DNA of 64,000 nucleotides, from NCBI GenBank assembly GCA_020891255.1, contig BQFW01000006.1:2356001-2420000 (forward strand), written 5' to 3'. Below the pieces are notes generated by a model, which searched no databases, had not been told where the DNA came from, and saw only the letters and a program-made list of their open reading frames with translations. The position numbers were made by a program, and so were the translations under genes. The stretch's first letter is position 1, and each line of letters opens with the position of its first letter. This document shows, piece after piece, positions 39,713 through 49,752 of the stretch. The DNA is from Entomortierella parvispora E1425 (taxonomy: Eukaryota; Fungi; Mortierellomycota).

Positions 39713-39823
39713 TGCAATAGGAGTATCGAGGGTGGAGTGGAGACAAGAAGTCAGTTTTATTATATTGCAAGTTTCTAGCTTTTGTAGGTACACATCGCGT
39801 GATGTCACCGTATTCCTGTTACA
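39713..39823 (-). repeat. 5' LTR (111 bp)
   Basis: Identical to 34756-34866. Confidence 0.97.
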
Positions 39824-39995
39824 TCCAGAGTACACCTACAAAAGCTCGGTACCATCCCCGAGACACCAGAACACATCGCAGAAGGTCTTTGACATGAAGG
39901 TGGGCGGTAATCAACTCTTGTAGCTCGAGGAGTTGAAGGACTTGCTCTCCTGCCGCAGTTGCGATAGAAGGAGGAGACAATGGGCGTGGAATCAT
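39824..39995 (-). pseudogene. F-box/LRR-type gene, N-terminal F-box part
   Basis: MIPRPLSP..VLQLLELQELITAHLHVKDLLRCVLVSRGWYRAFVGVLW is an F-box-like motif; now terminates at TGG ATG TAA in the LTR. Confidence 0.82.
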
Positions 39996-40342
39996 TTTTT
40001 TTTTTTTGTGGGAAAGGAGGAAAAAGAGCACTTTTGTCGCTGCTGTTGCACAAAACCCGCAGCAAAGACACAGGAACTCGCATGCTTTGATCCCATTAGA
40101 TACTTTGAGGAGGTAAACGCTAACCGTTCGAACGGTCCTCAAAGCAAGGTAGGAAATCAGAGAAGGGAAACGACCACCCTCAACGGATAAAAATGATGTA
40201 GGCAAGATCAGAAAAGTCGCGCCACCAAACTGGGGCAGGTAGCCAGTGGCTTAGCTTATCACGTGACTCTCACGTACACATCTACGTACACATGAATTGC
40301 CAGATTCTTATATGACTTTTAATTCATCGAAAATATCAAAAA

Positions 40343-40425
40343 GGTAGGATGGCCGAGTTGGTCTAAGGCGCCGCACTCAAGTTGCGGTCTCGAGAGAGGC
40401 GTGGGTTCAAATCCCACTTCTACCA
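40343..40425 (+). tRNA. tRNA-Leu(CAA), intronless
   Basis: GGTAGGA/TTCTACC acceptor, CCGCA-CTCAAGT-TGCGG anticodon arm, long variable arm, GGTTCAAATCC T-arm. Confidence 0.97.
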
Positions 40426-41297
40426 TATCTTTTAACTCCTCATCATTTTTTTTTTTTTTTTGGGTCTTCCTTCTGCAGGAGGTGAGGAACGTGTACAGTC
40501 TGGACACAGGGGCGATGGCAATGATGATACAGGAAGTGAGATGGTATACATGTTGTTTTTATTGTTTTAGTCTCTGCTTTCTGGTAGACACTATTGCTGG
40601 TATGGGCTGGGCTACTGCGGCCAAAGACAGAAAGAGCGAACCATGATCTCGTCGCCAATAAATCGTTAACCAGGCTCACGGACACTGAGTCAGGTGCCAA
40701 TGCACAGACTCATATTCCTGAGAACTTAAGCCCATGGGAATGGGTCTGCCCGTGGCCGATGAGTAGACCAAGTGTCGAGAAGGGAGGAAAGACGAGGAAG
40801 GCCGGCATGATGGTTACAAGTTTGTTTCTCTCCTGACACCCACTCTTTCAGTCTCACCCAAAAACATCCCCGAGGACACCACACAGCGATCAAGGGAAAC
40901 AGTCGATTCCCTGATGATTTCACGCGTAGAATACCTGGAGGATACGGTCTCGGCTGGACGCCCTTACTCGAAAGACATTTGCGCGTCGGTAAAGCTTGCT
41001 GTGGGGCGCGCTTCCGAAGAGAAGCTTGGCTGGGGCTGCCGCCCTCACGGCGCTTGTCGCGTGTTGAATTGTCGAGAGAAGTGAGAAGGCGCTTAGCGCA
41101 AGACAATGGCGAGATCAAGGGTACCTCAGATAAATGGAAGCAGAAGTGTCCCCCAACGAAACTCACATTCACTTTGACATCCTAATTCCTTTCATAATGG
41201 GACTCACAAAGACCTATAGAGAACTCCAACCACCAAAACGATCCTTGTATATTTGTTTGAAAGACTCGAAGACCTTTCGTTCCTGTCTCTTGCTCAA

Positions 41298-42800
41298 ATG
41301 AATACCAACTCCAGCATCTCGGGCCTTTGCGCCGCAATCCAGCTTCAGCGAAAGCTTCAATTGGCGACCTACACCATGTTTGAGCTCGAGGCCGATATTG
41401 GTGGAACTTGGTTCTCCAACACAAACCCGGGTTGTCAAATCGACACCGCTGCCCATCTGTACGCGTATTCTTTTGACCCCAACTACGAATGGTCCAAATG
41501 GTTTATTCCCCAAAGTGAGGTCCTCTCATATCTGCGAGCCGTTACCAGGACCTATAATATCTACGACAAGATCTGGTTCCAGACTCGGGTTACAACCGTG
41601 CAATGGCACGAGGGCCGTGCAAAGTGGATACTTCATTGGATCAACGCGTCGACAGGACAGCAAGGCGACTACGAGGCTGATATTGTCATCCATGCAGCTG
41701 GTGTTTTGCGTGTGTCCAATATCCCCAAAGAGTTTGAAGAGTTCAAGGGCTCAAAGTGGCACTCGGCTCGTTGGAATATCTCTGTAGATTTGAGGGTCGG
41801 GATCGTGGGTTCAAGTGCCAGCGCCGTGCAGATTGTTCCCGCTATCGCTGATAAAGTCCGGTCGCTAGATATCTATGGCCGATCTCCAGCGTATATGACT
41901 CCACAACTGAATGTCACTTACACAGGCGTCTGGAGGTTCTTGTTTCGGTATGTGCCGTTCGTCCATTCACTCTACCGCTCCTTTTGGTATTACTTTGTGG
42001 ACTCGACAATCCTTCTCTACCACAAGCTGTGCTGGTACTCTGCCTTTCACCTTATCACCTGGTTTCGTTGCTTCCCAGGAACAAGGAACTGCGACAGAAA
42101 CTCACGCCTGTTTACGAACTTGTGGCACGTTGAATTGTTCTCTTTGACAAGTATTACCCCATGTTCAACATGTAAGTTTGCACCAGGATCCTGTTGTTTC
42201 GATCAAAGGCAGTACCATTTATACAAGCGAAGGTTCGGAGCGCGAGCTAGATCTGTTGATTATGGCTACCGGGTTGGATCGGGTTTCCAATTTCCCAGTA
42301 GGAGACTGGACAGGGCGTGGCAATGTCGACATTGCATAGATGTGGGGCGAGAATCCAACAACCTACTATGGAACATGTGTCCCGAAGGCTCCTGACTTTT
42401 ACTTGCTCTGGGGGCTTAACAGTGGTGGTGGTAAGGCCCTTACTTTGAGCTGTGTTCTTGTATTCATCGATGTGAAGGCTAGGTATGGTTACAAACTGTT
42501 TTTTTTCAGCCAGTTCACGAGCATGATAGAGATCCAAGTCATGTACGCTCTCCGATCTATTTCATACATGATGGGTCAACAGCTTGTATCCACGGAGATC
42601 AAACAAGAGGCAGCAGAAGAGTTCTTGGAGTACCTGGACAGAAGGATGGAAAAAACCATCTTCACGAACAGTTTTGGTTGGGGAGCTGCACCGAGTTTTG
42701 GTGGAGCTTGCGCGAACTACACCCAGAGCGGTTCCTGATAGTGGAGCGAAACGAGCAGACGTGCCGCCACCTGTACTTGAATGGCAAGAGGGGCAGGGTC
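41298..42800 (+). pseudogene. decayed flavin monooxygenase (Baeyer-Villiger-type); end coordinate approximate
   Basis: ISGLCAA, GGTW..N..PGC..D, fingerprint FKGSKWHSARW, RVGIVGSSASAVQ, ATG; in-frame stops at 42131 (TGA) and 42337 (TAG), frameshift near 42070, eroded GxGxxG. Confidence 0.8.
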
Positions 42801-43044
42801 TCTGTATAGCACTAGCGCGTGTCGGCGTCCGCAGAGGGAGCGATCCGGCCTGGAGCAGGTGGGGAGACCAAAAAATAAACGCGTCGGCTGTCCGTGGCGG
42901 GACTGCTTCTTGCACTTGAGAACCTCTTCGTTGCTCTTCGTCCATGTCGTTTGCATCCATCCAATTCACCGCCCACTCTCTTCAGGAACATACGGACAAG
43001 CACGGATTCTAATCGGACGACGGCTCATCTTGACAACGTCCACC

Positions 43045-46000
43045 ATGCACATCATCAAGCCCGAATGGGTTTGCCACCTCAGTACGACCCGTGGGGCGAT
43101 TATGGATTAGTTGCGTCTCTTGGTTCATGGACGCGATCTGAAGGATTAATCTCGCATTCATTGCTTCCTTCATGGAATAGACGACAAGGGGAAAAAGGCC
43201 CCCATCTATTCTCTACATGTTCATCCGGATGGCACGCGTCTAGTCACAGGAGCACAGGGTATGTTGACAAAGCAGGCGTCATCAATCGAAGGACTGTGCT
43301 CATATGGAACGGAAGAGCTAACAGCATATCCTTCCTTCCTCTGTAGATGCCAAGGTTAAAATCTGGAACTTGGCCCCTATTCTGAATGCGGACGAAGACC
43401 AGGATGTAGACTCAAAACGGCATCTTTGTACCATGTCTCTCCACAACGGTAAGCATGTTGAGGCGATATAGCGGCCGTGGAATGAGGGAATGATTTTTCT
43501 GCCGTGTTTTGCTTGCTGACTCTCAAGGGCAACCTTTCGAAATAGGCGCTGTTCTTTGCGTGAAATGGTCGAATGGCGAAGGAAAATATCTTGCGACTGG
43601 ATCTGACGATATGATCGTGATGATCTGGCAGTTGGATCGGTAAGTCTGATCATGAAACCGATGGCCACAACCCAAAAGGGTACACCGATATCAGACATCG
43701 ACTGTGTTGCTAATAGGCTGCGCCTTCCATTTGATATCGTCCTTTAGAACTTCAGAAGCATGGGGTGGGTCTTCGTTCGGAAGCTCAGACGGACCAAATG
43801 TCGAAAACTGGCGCGGAGTAAAGCGATTATCGGGACATGAATCAGGTATATATCAACATGATGATACAGTACGATCTCAAAGCTCAAGATAGCCTCTAAT
43901 CGCTCATGCTCTATACTAGATGTTACTGATGTGTCATGGTCACCTGAGAATACGTACTTGGCTTCAGCAGGACTGGACTCCAAGATTTTTATTTGGGATG
44001 GAAAGACTTTTGGTAAGAATATGACTCGTTATTCATCAGGAACAACACTTCAAAGAATGTCTGAAGCTCACTTTTTTCACTGCCACATAGATCGCGTCAT
44101 CACTCTGGATCAACATCAGGGATTTGTCAAAGGGTTGACTTGGGATCCTGTTGGAAAGTACCTTGCATCTCAATCGGACGACAAATCTGTTTTGATCTGG
44201 AGAATCACGGACTGGGAGGTTGAGGTTGAGGTCACAGAGCCATTTGTCCAATCATCAGGAACAACCTTTTTCAGACGACTGAGGTAACTCAAGAGACATT
44301 TGAGGAAAGACTATATCCAGAGGGTCATTCTTTAACCAGAGTTCATCTCTCTTATAGCTGGTCGCCCGATGGTGGCCATATTGCCACGGCCAATGCTTTC
44401 AATGGATCAATTCCAGTGGCTTCAGTAATTACAAGAGACAACTGGAAGGCTGATATCTCGCTCGTAGGACACAGTGCGCCAGTGGAGGTTGTGGCATTCA
44501 ACCCTCTTCTTTTCAAAATTACGGATGCTTCAGGGAACATTGGCTTTACTTCGATTTGTGCAGTTGGCAGTCAGGATAGAGGCCTCACAGTTTGGAGAAC
44601 TCACGAGGCAAGGCCCTTTGTTGGGATCAAAGAGCTGTTTGAGCACAGCTTCCTAGATCTGAGCTGGACACCGGACGGTCAATCATTATTTGCATGCTCC
44701 TACGACGGCACAGTGGCAGTATTGCTGTTCCAGTCTGAAAACTTGGGCGAGGCAGTTCCAGCAGAGGAGAGGCAACGACTTCTGGCCAAGTATGGATACG
44801 AGCGTAGAAAGGCTGTTATGGCAGAGACCCCACTTCAGTTGGAAATGGAGGAAAAACTTAATGCGAGCTCTGTAAAGTCAAGGATGGACCAGCTGATGAA
44901 TAACGATACCTCCATGGAAGGCGTCACCTCCACATTCGCTAAACCCTCTGACCCAGCAGTCTTTTCAACGTCATCGCCATCGTCATTACCCCCAAAACCA
45001 CCAGTGCACATGCTTGCAAGTCAGCAATCAGTCACAGTTACGAGCGAGGGAAAGAAACGCATCAAACCCATGTTTTTGAGCACTGGTATGGGGGCCGTAC
45101 CCGTGTTCAGGCCTGCCTTCCAGAATGCTACTCCGTCTCTTGCGGGGCAAGCCCAGACGGCGCCAGTCTCGGAGCATGTACCGAGGGGCGACCCAATCAT
45201 GTCGATCCCAGCTGGAGGATTCCCTTCAGTGGTCGTGGGCACAAAACGCAAGGATCCACCCCCTAATGGAACCTCAGCTTCGAGTGGTCCAGTGAAAAAG
45301 GGACCCGAGACCAGTACAAAAGCAAAGGGGCAAAAGTCAGAGGAGGAGCCGGCATTCAGACCGGCAATTGCGGCGCCCCTTCTTACAGTTTCCAAAGTCA
45401 GACTTGGGATCCCTCAAGTGAGATCACACATCACGAGAAACAGAGCGGGACTAGAGTGCCATAACAGTGTCTCGGGCGACCAACCAAACAAGGTCATCTA
45501 CAGCCAGAAAGGTGTCGTATCCTGGGTCGACTATTTGCCATCGCCAATTCTTCTGATGACTGGAAACTCGCACTTTAGCGCGGTGGCATGCGAGGATGGC
45601 GGACTTTACATATATTCTCCCTCAGGAAGGAGGTAAGAAGTTTTCATGATAACTCACTTGGAGTAATCTACTCATAGAATCAGACATACCCCACTGACAC
45701 GATATCTTCATTGATACTAGATTATTGCCATGTATCATGTTGGAGTCGGCAGCAACCCTCATCGATTGTGATAGAGAGTATCTGATGTGCCTCACCTCAT
45801 GCGGTTTGATTAGTACCTGGAACGTGATGCGCCAAACAGCTGTGGTTTCGTCTGTCTCTGTCGCTCCTATTCTTCAGTCTTCACTCCACTTGTCCGAAAC
45901 GACATCGTCCTCCGTCTCGATTACCTCTGCAACAGTGAGACAAGATGGTCTACCTTTATTGACGACCTCTTCAGGACAGGGATTTTCATATCATGAAGGC

Positions 46001-46783
46001 ATGAAGACCTGGGTCAAAGTCATTGATCCTTGGTTCGCCATGTCATCATTCTTCGGATCTGATCCCGCTATTCATCGGACAGGGACTACAGTTGATGCTT
46101 TTGGCGAATCGAGCACAACGGTCTCATTCAGGAAAGGCGTATTGGCGCAAATGCACGCAGCAGCCATGAGTGGGCGGCAGGAAAAGGATGCTGCCTTTGC
46201 TCAGGAATTGTTGAGAGTGGACGATAATGTCCAGAGTGCGGTGACGCTATCACATTTAGAGGTATGTTGTCAAAAGGGAAGTTGCTGTGGAAGGCACGTT
46301 TCCAATGCACATTTACTCTCATCTACGCGCGCTCTAACCATGGCCTGCATCTTCCATCTTCCCTTTTTTTTTCAATTAGAATCAAATGGCTTCTGCGAGG
46401 GTACTTGGATCGGCATCGGAGTACAAACAATGGTTGAGGTGCTATGCGCAAAGACTCGCAGATGAAAGTGCTATCGACCGAGTGGAAGAGCTGTGCAAGT
46501 ATCTCCTGGGGCCAATCTATCAAGGGTAAGGGCGGCATTGCGTTTTATGATGTGTGGAAGACTCCGAGGTATAAACTGATAAACGACAATGTTGTTTCAT
46601 AGGGGAGAGCGATCCGGATGGGAGCCGACAATCCTTGGATTCCAGAAACGTGAGCTTCTAAACGAGCTGTTGCCCATCCTCAGCTCCAATAGGTCGCTGC
46701 AGCGTGTGGTCAAGGAGTATCTCTCGGGTCTGGAGATTGTCACGACGAAGGCTGCGCCTGCAGGCGCCGTTGCCACCAAATGA
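43045..46783 (+). CDS. HIR1: histone chaperone HIRA/Hir1; multi-exon
   Basis: MHIIKPEWVCH, IYSLHVHPDGTRLVTG, WD40 repeats, FFRRLSWSPDG, B-domain GKKRIKPMFL, C-terminal Hira domain. Confidence 0.95.
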
Positions 46784-46877
46784 GCTCGAAATAAAAAAGT
46801 CAAAAGAGTCACCCAAACGCCCTCTATTGTTTCATTCTTTCATCATCCATCTACAATTGATTCAGGACATCTCCTTC

Positions 46878-48222
46878 ATGCTGTCGACGTCGTTCCTGCT
46901 GCTGGATACAGCCACCTATGAGTGGCGTAAGGACTCTCCAGGCGATATTTCAAAGGAGATCAAAGAGTTCTTTACCACAGCGACGTTCTTTGACAGGCCC
47001 AATGTCTTCTACAGAGGTGAGAGTTAATTGCCTGCTGCTGCGACGCCATGATCGCCAGAGTCCTTTCATCAGTCCCCTCTTTCTGGCATTTCTTGGCGCT
47101 TTTCAATTGACATTTGCATTTGGATCATCTCTCAAGGGCTAGACGACACCACCAAGAAATGGGTTGCGCTCATGTCCATGGCAGGCGTCGAGGAGACGCG
47201 CGAGATGCTTTGCCAAAAGTGGAATCATTCCTTTCCCCATCTCTATGCCTCCAAGGGTCCATTCTCTCAAGTCCAGGCAGCACCCAAAATGCCGGTGCTA
47301 AAGGCGTACTCGCAATTCTTGAAGGATATCGAAAAGCTCAACAAGATCCGCAAGGCCAAAGCAAAGTTGCATCAGTTCAACAAGGATTTCAACCACGCTG
47401 CAGAGCTTTACCGCCATTCACCCGCAATCCGCGCCAAGGACGGCAGCACGTCGACCAGTGGAGACGCGTCAGCTTCGACAACAGAGTCGTCATCGTCATC
47501 ATCTGGATCCGGCTCACCTTCTGTTCCAGCCATGTGGTTCGTCTCGGTCGATATCGAGTCTTATGAGATGGACCATTCAAAGATTCTCGAGATTGGCTGG
47601 TCCATCTGGGACTCTGGACTGAATGTGTTCCAGGACAAACACTATGCTGTGCAGGAATACCGGCATCTTAAGAACGGTCGATGGGTCGCTGATCGACGGG
47701 ATCGGTTCATGTTTGGAGAGACCTTGTGGGCACCGCTCAAAGAATGCGCAATGACTTTTCAGGACGATTTGGAGAAGGCGGCAAGGTACAACGACCAGGG
47801 CCAGTATGCATTGATTGCCCATGATATGGGCAGTGACGAGAAGTATCTGCGACAGATGGGCGTCAAGTTTCCAAAGGGGATGATTCAGTTTGATACCAAG
47901 GACATGAACGCGGCTCGGGCCAACAGCGCACACGACTCTACAAAGTTGGAAACTGTGCTGGATCAGATGGATATCGAAAATTATTGCCTCCACAACGCTG
48001 GTAAGTCTCCTTCTGGGCAGGATGTTGGACGCGAGTTTTTAAATCAAAAAAAAAAATCAAATCTAACATATTCTTTGTCCTCTTGTCCTTATCATAGGCA
48101 ATGATGCTCACTACACCTTGGAACTCTTCCTTGCGCTCATTCGTGATCGCATCGCCAATCAAGAAGTCTCCAACGAAGACTCCTCTATTCCAGTGGAAAA
48201 GTTGAATGATCTGATGATCTAA
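46878..48222 (+). CDS. DEDDh 3'-5' exonuclease-like protein, Gfd2/YDR514C/QIP-like; 3 exons
   Basis: FVSVDIESYE..KILEIGW (ExoI), LIAHDMGSDEKYL (ExoII), spliced LHNAGNDAHYT (ExoIII). Confidence 0.85.
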
Positions 48223-48515
48223 TGGATAATCTCTTCATGGACTGACCCGACCCATCTCGCTGTATTGTACATATATACCAATGGCTGTTTGCTTTTTTGA
48301 AAACGAATCAATAAACTGTTTCGTTCCTTTTTCTGTTCCTTTTTCTGAACAAAAAAGACTCGGGCTCTTTAATCAATGACTATGTACAAAGTGGAAACAC
48401 TACTATTACAGGCGGGAGGAGAATTGCGAGAGGAGGCGACAGAGATCTCCCTTGGAGAGGTCAACTCAATGGCCAGGCAAAAATCCAAAAAAGTGAGTTG
48501 GATGGTGATTGTCCT

Positions 48516-49087
48516 CTATTCCTTGGAGATGAGGTTGCCAAACATGGGCATGGATCGCAACAAGAGGCTCTGAACCTCGGCCTCTCCCAAGTTGGTCGAT
48601 CCTGCGACAGAAGCCAGGTTCATTCTAGAAGAAAAGGATCCATGGTCGCTTGTTCCAAAGAATCCAGAAGACGCCTCCAGAACTGCGGCAGGCAAGTACG
48701 AAGCGAGCGAGAAGGTCGAGGAGGGCGAGGCTGAAGAAGGAGGAGAGGAGGACGATGGAGAGGAAGCGCCTTGTCCTGCCGAGAGAGTCGAAGGAGAGTT
48801 GGCCGAAACCGAAGTGTTGACGGTCAGCGAGGCGCCATCCCAGGTTTCTCTTCGAAGCGCAGCTGGAGAAGACTCTGCGGGAGAGCAGGACGACGAGGTG
48901 AGGGCAGAGCCACCTCGGGTGGACGAGCTGTGGGCGTGTCTGCCAGGGTTCTGCTGCCTCAAGGCTTGGGTGATTCGAACGACTGTTTGTTTCGTCCACA
49001 CGCAAAGGAGAAAAAAAAAGGGTCAGAGTGTATCCCTGTTGACACATGAGAGGGAGAGCAAGACAAGGTTGAGCACGTACCATCCAT
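48516..49087 (-). CDS. hypothetical Ser-rich protein; 7-nt first coding exon
   Basis: cacaATGGATG|gtacgt, intron, cag|TCGTTCGA gives MDVVRITQALRQQNPG..; second exon open to TAG 48516. Confidence 0.45.
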
Positions 49088-49752
49088 TGTGGGTCAAAGA
49101 CAGTCACCAGTGATCGGATAAGGAATGATTGTGAGCGGGAAGTGCTTTGCTCGGGTCGAGGTCGTGTGGTGGAGGCGAAAGGGTGTCGAGCGAGTTCAAT
49201 GAAGTCGGGCCGAGGAGGAGGAGAAGGCAGTTATATCAACGTCGCGGCCAATGTGCTTTCCGTTCTGGAAAAAGTACGAGGACATGTAGCTCGTGGGGAG
49301 GAAAAAGCGAATGGGTGTCAGCAGCAACGAGGGCGTGCCAGAGGAATCAACAAGAAAGAAAAGAGAATGGAGGCAGAGAATGAATGAATCAATGGCTGGA
49401 GATGAATGAACGTGAGGGGTGGAGAGAATGGAAAGACAAGGAGGAGAAGAGGAGGAGTATGAAGTGGAGGGGAGTGAGAAACAGAAGAAGGAAAGAGAAG
49501 GAAAAAAAAAAGTCTGCGTTCAAAGACACGACAGAACCCTGCGAGATTTGCTCCCAGATTATCAGCTTTGATTGTCCGCTGGGCGAAGATGTGCTTGTTA
49601 AGGGTGTACGCTAGCGCGTCCTTGTCTGCCTGTCCAACGGATGCATCCCCCATCGTACAAAACAAAAGCCATCCCCCATCGTATCATTGCGGTATGCACA
49701 CAGCTGGGAGTCACTTCACATTTATTTCTTCATTCTATAGTTGCAAAAACAG

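Larger units (their letters stand above)
34756..39823 (-). mobile_element. full-length Ty3/gypsy LTR retrotransposon (chromovirus)
   Basis: Identical 111-bp LTRs (TG..CA on minus strand), 5-bp TSD TCCAG at 34751-34755 and 39824-39828, PBS, PPT, gag with CCHC, PR-RT-RH-IN-chromodomain order. Confidence 0.98.

Noticed and set aside
40270-40295. GTACACAT repeats upstream of tRNA-Leu also found in the LTR
   Set aside because: An 8-9 bp match is expected by chance in this search space
39824-40343. Ty3-style targeting to the tRNA-Leu gene
   Set aside because: The insertion is about 515 bp upstream, far from the Pol III start region that Ty3 uses
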